In this document: one piece after another, positions 1 through 9,669 of the stretch | How positions within the stretch are numbered: position 1 is the stretch's first letter | How the letters are laid out: each line of letters opens with the position of its first letter | Assembly: GCA_964416985.1 (NCBI GenBank) | Contig: CAYQFS010000001.1 | Span: 83,413-147,412 of the forward strand | From: an uncultured Candidatus Saccharibacteria bacterium | GTDB lineage: Bacteria > Patescibacteriota > Minisyncoccia > Phycocordibacterales > PALSA-1337 | Direction: 5' to 3' | Length of the DNA: 64,000 nt | Translations under genes and position numbers: made by a program | The notes under the pieces: generated by a model | What the model was told of the DNA's origin: nothing | The model's input: the letters and a program-made list of their open reading frames with translations, nothing else | Databases searched by the model: none

Positions 1-374
1 TTACATTTAATAAAACAAGTATGCCTGAGCTCGTTTTAGAGATTTCATATCTGAAAAATAAAATCCTTATTCTTGGCGACGTTTCAAAAACGATTCAGAA
101 ATCTTTCATTCCGCTTCTCGATCGGGTAGATATTATTGAATACGCTCATAGTGCGGGAGATTCTCGAACGTCGGGAGATCTTTTCGTGCAGTTACATCCA
201 AAGTATGCAGTTATAAAAAAGCAGATTCGTGCACCTTCTACCCGAGTGGCCAAAAATCCTCCCAAAAAACCACCATTTAATATAGAAAAACAAGAAGGGG
301 TGGGGGCGATTAATTTAGAAACGGAGGGGACTGCCCACTTTATTATCGATGAAAAGGGAACTAAAAAACAATAA
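1..374 (+). CDS. C-terminal part of a ComEC/Rec2-like metallo-beta-lactamase-fold protein (5' end outside window, degenerate motifs)
   Basis: KILILGD...DIIEYAHSAG...LHPKYAVI resembles the ComEC C-terminal motifs (LLTGD...DVLKVxHHGS...PxxAVIS). Confidence 0.5.
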   Translation, partial: TFNKTSMPELVLEISYLKNKILILGDVSKTIQKSFIPLLDRVDIIEYAHSAGDSRTSGDLFVQLHPKYAVIKKQIRAPSTRVAKNPPKKPPFNIEKQEGVGAINLETEGTAHFIIDEKGTKKQ

Positions 375-486
375 AAATGGGCCGGTAGTTCTTGCGAACT
401 CCGTGCCCTCCCACAAACAGTGTGGTGTTTTTGCACGATGTGTATTTTCGGGACAAATAAATTCTACACCCGCGACTTATTTTTGT

Positions 487-1107
487 CTACTCCACCCCCA
501 CAATCACTTTAAAAATAAAAGGAATGATTGGCTCGACGTATTTCCAGAGGACAAAAACGAGAATTAAAAAGAAAAAGATTGAATATTGTTCGAGCACTTG
601 TCGAACACGGATGAGACGTGGAGGAAGAAGGGAGAAAAGAATTTTGGAACCATCGAGGGGTGGAAGGGGAATGAGATTAAAAATGGCGAGAGCGATGTTG
701 ATGCTTACAACATATACAGCAATCATAATAAAAGAAGGAGGCAGAGAGGAGAGACCGATTCGGATGACAATTCCGAAGACAAGTGCGATTAAAATGTTTG
801 AGGCCGGCCCGGCGAGGGCGATCGCAAATTCTCCCCATCTTTTGTTCTTTACATTGTATGGATTCCATTCAACAGGTTTAGCCCAACCAAAAGGAAAGCC
901 TGCAAGAGAAGTAAGGACTGGCACAATAAAGGAGCCAAAAAGCTCGAGATGCTTCAAGGGATTCAGGGTAAGCCGACCCTGGAGTCGTGCCGTGGGATCA
1001 CCCAAGAGCTCAGCAACATAGCCATGGCAAAGCTCATGTACTACAACTGACATGATAAGAATGGCGAGGGAAATAATGAGGGTGAGAGTATCCATGTGGT
1101 TCGGCAC
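487..1107 (-). CDS. Site-2 protease family (peptidase M50) membrane metalloprotease
   Basis: HELCH zinc motif, GRLTLNPL, AGPASN and FNLIPLPPLDG motifs, several TM segments. Confidence 0.92.
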   Translation of the reverse strand: MPNHMDTLTLIISLAILIMSVVVHELCHGYVAELLGDPTARLQGRLTLNPLKHLELFGSFIVPVLTSLAGFPFGWAKPVEWNPYNVKNKRWGEFAIALAGPASNILIALVFGIVIRIGLSSLPPSFIMIAVYVVSINIALAIFNLIPLPPLDGSKILFSLLPPRLIRVRQVLEQYSIFFFLILVFVLWKYVEPIIPFIFKVIVGVE

Positions 1108-1159
1108 TTACTTGCCAAATTTCATACGTATGATAGCATGACTATCACTTACAAAACAT

Positions 1160-1402
1160 ATGGCAAAGGTCTGCGCAATTACAAAAAGAGGTTCAATGAT
1201 GGGGGGCGGTTACTCAAACCGTACTCGTGCTACCCAGTTCAACCCCACAGGAATGGTTCGAAAATACCCAAATCTTCAGAAAAAGAAGATCTATGTTCCT
1301 GAACTCAAGAAATCTTTTAACCTTACAATCTCGACTCGGGCTTTGAGGACTATCCAGAAGCATGGTGCGTTTGCAACACTCAAAAAAGCGGGGATTATAT
1401 AA
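1160..1402 (+). CDS. rpmB: 50S ribosomal protein L28
   Basis: MAKVCAITKR...RKYPNLQKKKIYVPEL...ISTRALRTI is the L28 pattern. Confidence 0.93.
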   Translation: MAKVCAITKRGSMMGGGYSNRTRATQFNPTGMVRKYPNLQKKKIYVPELKKSFNLTISTRALRTIQKHGAFATLKKAGII

Positions 1403-1430
1403 GAAAAAACTGCTTGAGGCAGTTTTTTCT
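1402..1430 (+). terminator. Intrinsic terminator after rpmB
   Basis: AAAAAACTGC-TTGAG-GCAGTTTTTT hairpin with T-tract. Confidence 0.75.
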
Positions 1431-1475
1431 TGACTATGTCTGTACTTAACTCTATTGTTATAGGGGAGGTAAAAC

Positions 1476-1874
1476 ATGAACTATATTGTTGATAGACTTG
1501 AGTATAATTTAATACAATTTTGTCCTGCCGAAGCTTTATCGAACGAAACTTCGTTCCGAACGGCCGCAATTTGTGCAAGAAATGAGGAGTATTTTTGGTT
1601 TTTGCAGGATCAAAAACTTCGGAAAGATCTTCCTGAAATAGTCCAAGCGACTCTCTCAGGTTCTGAACTACCTAACTCGGAACTGGTCTGCTATCATCCG
1701 GACGATAAACTAATTCTCATCGTTCGTTCGACAGATTCTCACTTGTACACTGCTCAGCTCGGTTTTCGTTGTTTCCTTGTAAGTTTCAGAAAAAAGAAGG
1801 GTAATATAACAATACGTTTTCCACAAACTGGGAAAACGGTAGATGGAAGATCTGCAGGACTCAATACTGAATAA
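1476..1874 (+). CDS. Hypothetical protein (orphan single-gene insert)
   Basis: 132-aa ORF with GGGGAGG SD, an upstream TTGACT and a downstream GGCGCT/AGCGCC hairpin; no recognisable family. Confidence 0.6.
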   Translation: MNYIVDRLEYNLIQFCPAEALSNETSFRTAAICARNEEYFWFLQDQKLRKDLPEIVQATLSGSELPNSELVCYHPDDKLILIVRSTDSHLYTAQLGFRCFLVSFRKKKGNITIRFPQTGKTVDGRSAGLNTE

Positions 1875-2032
1875 TTCAAAGGCGCTACCTCACTTTAGTT
1901 TGGGAGAGCGCCCTTTTCTTGCCTTTTTTGGCTGGTATGGTAAAGTACTGCAACGACCAAAATCGCGTAGAAGGATGAGTAACCACTCGGTGAAAAAATC
2001 AGCTTTCTACTTATTAAATAAATAATTAACGA

Positions 2033-2449
2033 ATGCCCACACTTAACCAGCTTGTGCGAAAGAATCGCAAGCGCTTTGTCCGAAAATCAAAATCGGTCGC
2101 GCTTACAAAGACATTTAATACAATTAAAAACCGTCCAAGTTTCCTCGCATCTCCATTTAAAAGAGGAGTATGCATTAAGGTCACAACAAAGACCCCAAAG
2201 AAGCCTAACTCAGCTATCCGAAAGATTGCCCGAGTTCGACTTTCAAATGGAATGGAAGTAACAGCCTATATTCCAGGAGAAGGACACTCACTTCAGGAAC
2301 ACTCAGTTGTTCTCCTTCGAGGTGGTCGTGTAAAGGACGTAGGACTCCGATATACAGTTGTACGAGGAGTGCTCGATGCAGCAGGAGTAGAGAAGAGACG
2401 AAAGGGTCGAAGCCAGTACGGAAACAAGAGACCAAAAGCTGCAAAATAA
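2033..2449 (+). CDS. rpsL: 30S ribosomal protein S12
   Basis: [34 protein letters not shown] motifs. Confidence 0.99.
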   Translation: MPTLNQLVRKNRKRFVRKSKSVALTKTFNTIKNRPSFLASPFKRGVCIKVTTKTPKKPNSAIRKIARVRLSNGMEVTAYIPGEGHSLQEHSVVLLRGGRVKDVGLRYTVVRGVLDAAGVEKRRKGRSQYGNKRPKAAK

Positions 2450-2473
2450 TTTTTCTAATCTAACCACACTACA

Positions 2474-2941
2474 ATGCGAAGAAAAATAAAGAATAAATAT
2501 CCCCTTAAGCCAGAATCAACCTACGAATCTCTCAAGGTTGCAAAGCTTATCAACTATATAATGGACTCAGGAAAGAAAAACGCCGCACGAAAGATCGTGT
2601 ACGATTGTTTTGATCTTCTTAAGGAAAAGACAAAGTCAGAACCGCTCGAAGTTTTTGAGCTTGCTTTGAAGAACACAACTCCAGCTATGGAAGTTCGATC
2701 ACGACGAGTCGGAGGAGCAAACTACCAGGTTCCACGAGAAGTTCGTCCAGAACGACAGCGAGCACTCTCTATGAAATGGATTGTTGAGGCAGCACGAGGA
2801 AAAAAGGGAAAGCCAATGCATGAAAAGCTTGCAGAAGAAATCATTGCAGCATCAAAGAACGAAGGGGAAGCGGTCAAGAAGCGAGAAAATACTCACAAGA
2901 TGGCAGAAGCAAACAAGGCCTTCGCTCACTTTGCGTGGTAA
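2474..2941 (+). CDS. rpsG: 30S ribosomal protein S7
   Basis: EVRSRRVGGANYQVP, HKMAEANKAFAHF. Confidence 0.99.
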   Translation: MRRKIKNKYPLKPESTYESLKVAKLINYIMDSGKKNAARKIVYDCFDLLKEKTKSEPLEVFELALKNTTPAMEVRSRRVGGANYQVPREVRPERQRALSMKWIVEAARGKKGKPMHEKLAEEIIAASKNEGEAVKKRENTHKMAEANKAFAHFAW

Positions 2942-2995
2942 TACAGAGTTACTATTTATTAGTTCATTTAATTTTCTTATTAATTAATTCAATTT

Positions 2996-5161
2996 ATGCA
3001 ACGCGATTATCCACTCGAAAAAGTTCGTAACTTCGGTATTATTGCCCACATCGACGCAGGAAAAACCACCACTTCAGAGCGAATCCTCTATTACACCGGT
3101 GAAATTCACAAAATTGGTGAAGTGCATGACGGTGAGACAACAACAGACTGGATGGAGCAGGAACGAGAGCGAGGTATTACCATTACCGCAGCGGCTATTA
3201 CCTGCTTTTGGAATCCTACATACATGCGAGGAATTGTAGGTGCTGATGGAAAGCCAGATATGACCAAGAAACATCGTTTCAATATTATTGATACGCCTGG
3301 TCACATCGACTTTACTGTAGAGGTAAAGCGATCTCTTCGTGTTCTCGACGGTGCGGTTGTGGTATTTGACGGGGTTGCTGGAGTAGAGCCTCAGTCAGAG
3401 ACAAACTGGAGATATGCCGACGAAGGAAATGTGCCTCGACTCTGTTTCATCAATAAAATGGATCGAACAGGAGCTTCTTTTGAAAAATCTTTCGCTTCAA
3501 TTCTCGAGCGACTCAATAAAAATGCAATTCGATTCCAGCTTCCGGTTGGTCTCGAGAGTGAGCACGAGGGGGTTGTTGATCTTTTGAAAATGAAAGCGTA
3601 CTACTTTGACGGAGAGAAGGGGATCAATGTCATTGAAAAGGAAATTCCCGAAAGCATGCTTGCTGATGCAAAAAAATACCGAGCAGAACTCATCGAAAAA
3701 GTCTCAGAGCATGATGATGCCGCAATGCACGCATACCTTGAGGGTAAGGAACTCTCGATTGACGAACTTAAAAAAGTCATACGAAAGGCAGTTATTGCAA
3801 ACAAGATTTTCCCAGTGTTTACAGGATCTGCTTTGAAGAACGTGGGAGTGCAGCTCGTTCTCGATGCTGTCGTCGACTATCTTCCATCTCCTCTCGACAT
3901 TCCTCCTGTCAAAGCAACTGACGTCAATACTGGCGAGACAGTCCTTCGACATGCTTCAGACGAAGAGCCTTTTACCGCTCTTGCCTTTAAACTCCAGAAC
4001 GATCCATTCGTAGGACAACTTACATTCTTTAGGGTGTATTCTGGAACTATTGAATCAGGAACATATATTTATAACGCAACAACAGGAAAGAAAGAGCGAC
4101 TTGGACGTATTGTACGACTTCAGGCAAATGATCGAGAAGAGGTGAAGAAGGTATTTGCAGGAGAAATTGCCGCAGCTGTGGGTATCAAGGACGCACTTAC
4201 ATCTCACACATTCTCTGATGAGAACCACCCAGTTCTTCTCGAAACTATAAAGTTTCTCGATCCTGTGGTTTCTCTCCGAATTGAACCAAAAACAAAAGCT
4301 GATCAGGAAAAAATGGGAATGGCTCTTCGAAAGCTTGCAAATGAGGACCCAACATTCAAGATTTCTTCAAACTCTGAAACAGGAGAAACACTCATTGCTG
4401 GTATGGGAGAACTTCATCTCGAAATTATGATTGATCGAATGAAACGAGAATTTGGTGTCGAAGCAAATGTTGGAAAGCCTCAGGTAGCGTATCGAGAAAC
4501 TATTCTTGGAACTGCAGAAGCGGAGCACAAGTATATCAAGCAGTCGGGAGGTAAGGGACAGTACGGTCACGTAAAGATTACTTTGAAGCCTCTTCCACCC
4601 CTTGTTCCTGGAGAAAAGATCCCAAAGAACGTTAGTCGATATGATGACTTTGAATTTATTAACTCGATCAAGGGAGGAGTTATTCCTCAGGAATTCATCC
4701 CTGCTGTTGAGAAGGGGGTTCATGAAGCGATGGATCGAGGTATTGTCGCTGGATTCCGTATGGTAAATGTTTCCTGTGAACTTACCTTTGGTTCTTACCA
4801 CGATGTCGACTCATCCGAAATTGCCTACAAAATCGCAGCGTCTCAGGCATTCCAGGAAGGAGCAAAGAGAGCAAAGCCGGTTATTCTCGAACCTATCATG
4901 AAGCTTGAAGTTCTTTTCCCTGATAAATTCATGGGAGACGTAACAGGAAGCATCTCATCAAAGCGAGGAACGATTGAGGAAATGACGGAGCGAGGCCAGG
5001 CAAAGGTTCTCCACGCCAAAGTTCCTCTTTCAGAAATGTTCGGTTATACAACCCAGCTCAGATCGATGACATCAGGACAGGGAAGTGCGACAATGGAATT
5101 CGATCACTACGAAGTGGTACCACCGAATGTCGAGAAGACGATAGTGGAGGCGAGGAAATAA
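2996..5161 (+). CDS. fusA: Elongation factor G
   Basis: AHIDAGKTT, ERERGITI, DTPGH, NKMD, GMGELHLEI. Confidence 0.99.
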   Translation: MQRDYPLEKVRNFGIIAHIDAGKTTTSERILYYTGEIHKIGEVHDGETTTDWMEQERERGITITAAAITCFWNPTYMRGIVGADGKPDMTKKHRFNIIDTPGHIDFTVEVKRSLRVLDGAVVVFDGVAGVEPQSETNWRYADEGNVPRLCFINKMDRTGASFEKSFASILERLNKNAIRFQLPVGLESEHEGVVDLLKMKAYYFDGEKGINVIEKEIPESMLADAKKYRAELIEKVSEHDDAAMHAYLEGKELSIDELKKVIRKAVIANKIFPVFTGSALKNVGVQLVLDAVVDYLPSPLDIPPVKATDVNTGETVLRHASDEEPFTALAFKLQNDPFVGQLTFFRVYSGTIESGTYIYNATTGKKERLGRIVRLQANDREEVKKVFAGEIAAAVGIKDALTSHTFSDENHPVLLETIKFLDPVVSLRIEPKTKADQEKMGMALRKLANEDPTFKISSNSETGETLIAGMGELHLEIMIDRMKREFGVEANVGKPQVAYRETILGTAEAEHKYIKQSGGKGQYGHVKITLKPLPPLVPGEKIPKNVSRYDDFEFINSIKGGVIPQEFIPAVEKGVHEAMDRGIVAGFRMVNVSCELTFGSYHDVDSSEIAYKIAASQAFQEGAKRAKPVILEPIMKLEVLFPDKFMGDVTGSISSKRGTIEEMTERGQAKVLHAKVPLSEMFGYTTQLRSMTSGQGSATMEFDHYEVVPPNVEKTIVEARK

Positions 5162-5171
5162 TATGTACTAA

Positions 5172-5203
5172 GAAAGCCGCTCCGAAAGGGGCAGTTTTCT
5201 TTT
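5172..5203 (+). terminator. Intrinsic terminator after fusA
   Basis: GAAAGCCGCTCC-GAAA-GGGGCAGTTTTC followed by Ts. Confidence 0.7.
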
Positions 5204-5216
5204 GTTTGAGAAAAAT

Positions 5217-5245
5217 TTGACTTAAAACTGACCCTCTGCTAGTAT
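5217..5245 (+). promoter_or_regulatory. sigma70-type promoter for the tuf-S10 operon
   Basis: TTGACT-17 bp-TAGTAT with extended -10 TG. Confidence 0.7.
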
Positions 5246-5369
5246 AGCCATTACGCAGTTTTCTTGCGTTGGTGTGTTTATTTAACAGCATTTATTTAAT
5301 TTATCTTTAGTTCTCTTAGGCATGGACTCTTCACGCCCATACCAAAGGGAGGTAAAGCGCTAAAAACAT

Positions 5370-6557
5370 ATGGCAGCAGAATTTAATCGTACGAAGCCGC
5401 ACGTTAACGTTGGTACTATTGGCCACGTCGACCACGGAAAGACAACACTTACTACATCTATCCTCGCAGTCCAGGCAAAGGATGGTCTTGCTCAGCTCAA
5501 GGCCTATGCCGACATTGCAAAGGGAGGAACAGTTCGAGACGCAACAAAGGTGGTTACCATCTCTCTTGCACACGTAGAATACGAGTCAGATGCTCGACAC
5601 TACGCTCACATCGACGCCCCAGGTCACGCCGACTACATCAAGAACATGATTACTGGTGCCGCTCAAATGGACGGTGCTATTCTCGTTGTATCAGCAACTG
5701 ATGGAGTTATGCCACAGACACGAGAACACATTCTTCTTGCAAAGCAGGTTGGAGTTCCTCGCGTTGTAGTTTTCCTTAACAAGTGCGATATGGTCCCTGA
5801 AAAGGATCTTCTCGACCTCGTTGAAGAGGAAGTTCGAGACCTTCTTACAAAGAACGGATTCGACGGAAAAGCAGCTCCAGTTATCCGAGGTTCAGCTTTG
5901 AAGGCTCTCGAAGGGGATCCTGCATACGTAGCAAAGATCAAGGAACTTATGACAGCTCTCGATACATTTATTCCTACACCAGTGCGTGAAGTTGATAAGC
6001 CTTTCCTTATGCCGATCGAGGACATTTTCTCAATCGAAGGACGAGGAACGGTGGTAACAGGACGCATTGAGCGAGGTATGATCAAGGTTGGAGAAGAAGT
6101 TGAAATTCTTGGATTCAAGGATACTTCAAAGACAACTATTACTGGTATCGAAATGTTCAACAAGTCACTCAAAGAGGGAATGGCCGGAGACAATGCAGGT
6201 CTTCTTCTCCGAGGTACTGGAAAGGACGATGTTACTCGAGGTATGGTTCTTGCAAAGACTGGCTCAGTAAAGCCACACACAGAGTTCGAGTCTGAAGTGT
6301 ACATTCTCAAGAAAGAAGAGGGAGGACGACACACACCATTCTTCACAGGATACAAGCCTCAGTTCTATATCCGAACAACAGACGTTACAGGAGAAGTTAC
6401 TCTTGCAGCAGGTGTTGAGATGGTTATGCCAGGAGACACAGTTACTTTCAAGGTTAAGCTTGTAGCTCCAGTTGCTCTTGAAGACAAGATGCGATTCGCT
6501 ATCCGAGAAGGAGGAAAGACTGTCGGTGCAGGAGTTGTAACAAAGATCACAGCTTAA
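5370..6557 (+). CDS. tuf: Elongation factor Tu (atypical switch-I region)
   Basis: [43 protein letters not shown]. Confidence 0.99.
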   Translation: MAAEFNRTKPHVNVGTIGHVDHGKTTLTTSILAVQAKDGLAQLKAYADIAKGGTVRDATKVVTISLAHVEYESDARHYAHIDAPGHADYIKNMITGAAQMDGAILVVSATDGVMPQTREHILLAKQVGVPRVVVFLNKCDMVPEKDLLDLVEEEVRDLLTKNGFDGKAAPVIRGSALKALEGDPAYVAKIKELMTALDTFIPTPVREVDKPFLMPIEDIFSIEGRGTVVTGRIERGMIKVGEEVEILGFKDTSKTTITGIEMFNKSLKEGMAGDNAGLLLRGTGKDDVTRGMVLAKTGSVKPHTEFESEVYILKKEEGGRHTPFFTGYKPQFYIRTTDVTGEVTLAAGVEMVMPGDTVTFKVKLVAPVALEDKMRFAIREGGKTVGAGVVTKITA

Positions 6558-6567
6558 TCTCATTATT

Positions 6568-6948
6568 ATGGCAACTGCTTCAAAAGAAACAATCAAGAAA
6601 GTTCCAAAGGCACGAGTTGCCAAGGTAGCAAAGGACGCTAATGAGCCTCGACTTCGAATTCGAGTACGAGCGTATGAGCACAAGATTCTCGATGCTTCTT
6701 TGAAGCAAATCATGGATACTGCAATCCGATATGATGTGCAGTTCTATGGTCCTATTCCTCTCCCTACAGAAATTAAAAAGTATACAGTAAACCGCTCTTC
6801 ATTTGTATTTAAGAATGCACGAGAACAGTTTGAGATGAGAGTTCACAAGCGACTCATTGACATTCTTAACCCAAACCAGAAGATTATCGAAGCGCTTACC
6901 AACCTCTCTCTTCCATCTGGTGTGAACATCGATGTGAAGATGATGTAA
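6568..6948 (+). CDS. rpsJ: 30S ribosomal protein S10 (N-terminal extension)
   Basis: RIRVRAYEH, GPIPLPT, REQFEMRVHKRLIDI. Confidence 0.98.
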   Translation: MATASKETIKKVPKARVAKVAKDANEPRLRIRVRAYEHKILDASLKQIMDTAIRYDVQFYGPIPLPTEIKKYTVNRSSFVFKNAREQFEMRVHKRLIDILNPNQKIIEALTNLSLPSGVNIDVKMM

Positions 6949-6984
6949 TAGCACTGCACGACCGAAATAACCGTACGAAAATTT

Positions 6985-7590
6985 ATGAAATTTATTCTTG
7001 GACGAAAATTGCATATGACTCAGATCTTCGACAAAGAAGGCGTGGTTCGTCCTGCCACTCTTGTTGAAGCTTCTCCGGTGGTCGTTACTCAAGTAAAGAC
7101 TGCAAAGACTGACGGCTACAACGCTCTTCAAATTGCTTCTGGTACAAAGAAAGCGGCAAATATAACAAAGGCACTCAAGGGTCATTTCAAGGATCTTGGG
7201 GCTTTTGCTGATCTCCGCGAATTCAGAATGGATGAAGTTACTCACAAAGTGGGAGACAAAATTGAACTCACTCAGTTCCAGGAAGGAGATACTATCGAAG
7301 TGAGTGCTCTTTCAAAAGGAAAGGGATTTCAAGGAGTTGTTAAGCGCCATGGTTTCGGAGGAGGTCCTCGAACTCACGGTCAGAAGCACTCTGAGCGAGA
7401 ACCAGGTTCTATCGGAGGAGGTCTTCGAAACAAAGTTCCAAAGAAAATGCGAATGGCAGGAAGAATGGGAGGCGACCGCATCACTGTAAAGAATCTTAAG
7501 GTTCTTCACATCGATGGGGCTACAAACACTCTCTATATTTCCGGAGCTATTCCAGGTCGCCGAGGTACTCTTGTCGAAATAATCGGTTAA
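6985..7590 (+). CDS. rplC: 50S ribosomal protein L3
   Basis: KGKGFQGVVKRHGF, PGSIG, MAGRMG. Confidence 0.98.
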   Translation: MKFILGRKLHMTQIFDKEGVVRPATLVEASPVVVTQVKTAKTDGYNALQIASGTKKAANITKALKGHFKDLGAFADLREFRMDEVTHKVGDKIELTQFQEGDTIEVSALSKGKGFQGVVKRHGFGGGPRTHGQKHSEREPGSIGGGLRNKVPKKMRMAGRMGGDRITVKNLKVLHIDGATNTLYISGAIPGRRGTLVEIIG

Positions 7591-7600
7591 TAACACACAT

Positions 7601-8254
7601 ATGGAAACTACTGTATACAATCAGAAAGGACAAGAGACAGGAAAGTTCACACTTCCCGAATCAGTTTTTGGACTTGCATGGAATGCCGACCTCGTTCACC
7701 AGGTTACTGTTTCAATGACCTCAACTATGCGAGATTCTATCGCTAACACAAAGACCCGAGGAGAGGTAAGTGGAGGAGGAAAGAAACCTTGGCAGCAGAA
7801 GGGAACCGGACGAGCTCGACACGGATCTACCCGATCTCCTATCTGGGTTGGTGGAGGAGTTGCTCATGGACCACGAAGTGAGAAGAATTATGATCGAAAG
7901 GTCAACAAAAAGGCAAAGGTAAAGGCTCTCTTTACCATCCTTTCCCGAAAATTCCGAGATGGAGAAATTCTCCTCGTTGACTCACTTTCATTTGGTGCTC
8001 CAAAGGCAAAAGATGCAAAAACAGCTCTCATTTCTCTTGCAAAGGTAAAGGGATTTGAAAAGCTCGGAACAAAGCCAAAGAATGCGGCTATCATTGCAAT
8101 CGACAAGAAATATCCTGAACTCACAAAGAGCTTCAAGAACTTTGGAAATGTCGCGGTCGAAGAACTTCGAAACATCAACCCTGTTTCAGCCCTTAATCAC
8201 AAATACATAGTGATCGCTAATCCAAAGGAGTCGCTTAAGATTTTTACTAAATAA
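7601..8254 (+). CDS. rplD: 50S ribosomal protein L4
   Basis: RGEVSGGGKKPWQQKGTGRARHGS. Confidence 0.98.
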   Translation: METTVYNQKGQETGKFTLPESVFGLAWNADLVHQVTVSMTSTMRDSIANTKTRGEVSGGGKKPWQQKGTGRARHGSTRSPIWVGGGVAHGPRSEKNYDRKVNKKAKVKALFTILSRKFRDGEILLVDSLSFGAPKAKDAKTALISLAKVKGFEKLGTKPKNAAIIAIDKKYPELTKSFKNFGNVAVEELRNINPVSALNHKYIVIANPKESLKIFTK

Positions 8255-8262
8255 TAACTACC

Positions 8263-8655
8263 ATGGCACTCTTCGGACTAAAAAAGAATACAGAAAAGAA
8301 AGTAAAAGCTCCTGTTAAGGCTGCAAAAACAGCAAAGGCTGAAAAAGTCGTCGCAGTTCGAGAATCTGCAGCTCCTACATTTACTCGGGACATCATTCTC
8401 CGACCTCGAATCACTGAGAAGTCAGGACTCATGAATGAATCTTTGAATGTCTACACATTTGAAGTCGTAAAACTTGCAACAAAGGACTCAGTAGCAAAGG
8501 CAATCAAGGCTGCTTACAAGGTCACTCCAGAAAAAGTCCGAATCATTAATCTTCCTATGAAGAGTGTTATGGTAAGGGGACGAAAGGGAACGCATTCAGC
8601 TGTAAAAAAGGCTCTCGTGTTCCTTAAGAAAGGAGACAAGATCGAATTCGCATAA
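8263..8655 (+). CDS. rplW: 50S ribosomal protein L23 (K/A-rich N-terminal extension)
   Basis: PRITEKS, YTFEV, KKALVFLKKG; operon position. Confidence 0.96.
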   Translation: MALFGLKKNTEKKVKAPVKAAKTAKAEKVVAVRESAAPTFTRDIILRPRITEKSGLMNESLNVYTFEVVKLATKDSVAKAIKAAYKVTPEKVRIINLPMKSVMVRGRKGTHSAVKKALVFLKKGDKIEFA

Positions 8656-8672
8656 GTATTTATATTATTATC

Positions 8673-9527
8673 ATGAAAAAATACGCACCAACAACCCCAT
8701 CACGACGCCACCTTACTACGCTTCCATACGGTAAGTATGTTACTACCCAGGATCCGTACAAGCCTCTCACAAAGGGAATGAAGCGTGACATGGGACGAAA
8801 TGCGTCTGGACGAATCACTGTTCGTCACAAGGGGGGAGGAAACAGCAAGCTCTACCGAATGATCGACTTTTCATACGACAAAAAGAACATGTTTGCGACA
8901 ATCAAGACTGTCGAATATGATCCATACCGAACAGGGTACATCGCTCTTGTTCAGTACGAAGACGGAGAACGACGGTACATTCTCATTCCAAAGACGATGA
9001 AGGTTGGAGACAAATTCATTGTTTCTGAAACAGCTCTCGTTGAAGTCGGAAACAGACTTCCTCTCAAGCGAATTCCTGTGGGTACTTTTGTTTTTAATAT
9101 CGAAGTACGACCAGGAGGGGGATCAAAGATGGTTCGGTCAGCGGGATCATTTGCTCAGGTCATCGCAAACGATGCTCCGTACACTCACCTCAAACTTCCT
9201 TCAACTGAAATCCGAAAAGTTCATGACAATGCATGGGCAACTATTGGTACAGTTTCAAACGAGGAATCTCGCCTCGTAAATATTGGAAAGGCAGGACGTT
9301 CACGATGGATGGGTATCCGCCCAACCGTCCGAGGTTCCGCTCAGAACCCTGTAGACCATCCTTACGGAGGAGGAGAACAGCGAACCGGTCGAGGTTTGCG
9401 CCGACTCAAGACCCGATGGGGTAAGCCGGCTGGAAAGGGTCAGAAGACTCGAACACCGAAGAAGTACTCAAACGTGTTCATTGTCTCTCGACGCCGAGTG
9501 GGCAAGAATAAGTCAGTAGAGCAATAA
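8673..9527 (+). CDS. rplB: 50S ribosomal protein L2
   Basis: GRNASGRITVRHKGGG, EYDPYR, GKAGRSRW, NPVDHP. Confidence 0.99.
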   Translation: MKKYAPTTPSRRHLTTLPYGKYVTTQDPYKPLTKGMKRDMGRNASGRITVRHKGGGNSKLYRMIDFSYDKKNMFATIKTVEYDPYRTGYIALVQYEDGERRYILIPKTMKVGDKFIVSETALVEVGNRLPLKRIPVGTFVFNIEVRPGGGSKMVRSAGSFAQVIANDAPYTHLKLPSTEIRKVHDNAWATIGTVSNEESRLVNIGKAGRSRWMGIRPTVRGSAQNPVDHPYGGGEQRTGRGLRRLKTRWGKPAGKGQKTRTPKKYSNVFIVSRRRVGKNKSVEQ

Positions 9528-9533
9528 TCACCA

Positions 9534-9614
9534 ATGTTTGAACGTCACCTTAAAAAATTAATCAAGAAGATCAACTGGCTCCTCGAGCGATTCTTTGATT
9601 ATATCAGCCCATAA
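9534..9614 (+). CDS. Putative 26-aa amphipathic small peptide MFERHLKKLIKKINWLLERFFDYISP
   Basis: ATG 6 nt after the rplB stop, open to TAA at 9612-9614; below the ORF-track cutoff. Confidence 0.4.
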   Translation: MFERHLKKLIKKINWLLERFFDYISP

Positions 9615-9615
9615 G

Positions 9616-9643
9616 TTGACTTTAAGCCACGGTTTGCTAGTAT
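9616..9643 (+). promoter_or_regulatory. Internal promoter upstream of rpsS
   Basis: TTGACT-16 bp-TAGTAT with TG extension; hexamers identical to the tuf promoter. Confidence 0.6.
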
Positions 9644-9669
9644 TTGGAAGCTTTATTACATAAAAACAC

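Noticed and set aside
5663-6355. Long antisense ORFs over tuf, rpsE, ftsH, recG and others
   Set aside because: These are shadows of codon bias in well-identified sense genes, with no motifs or expression signals
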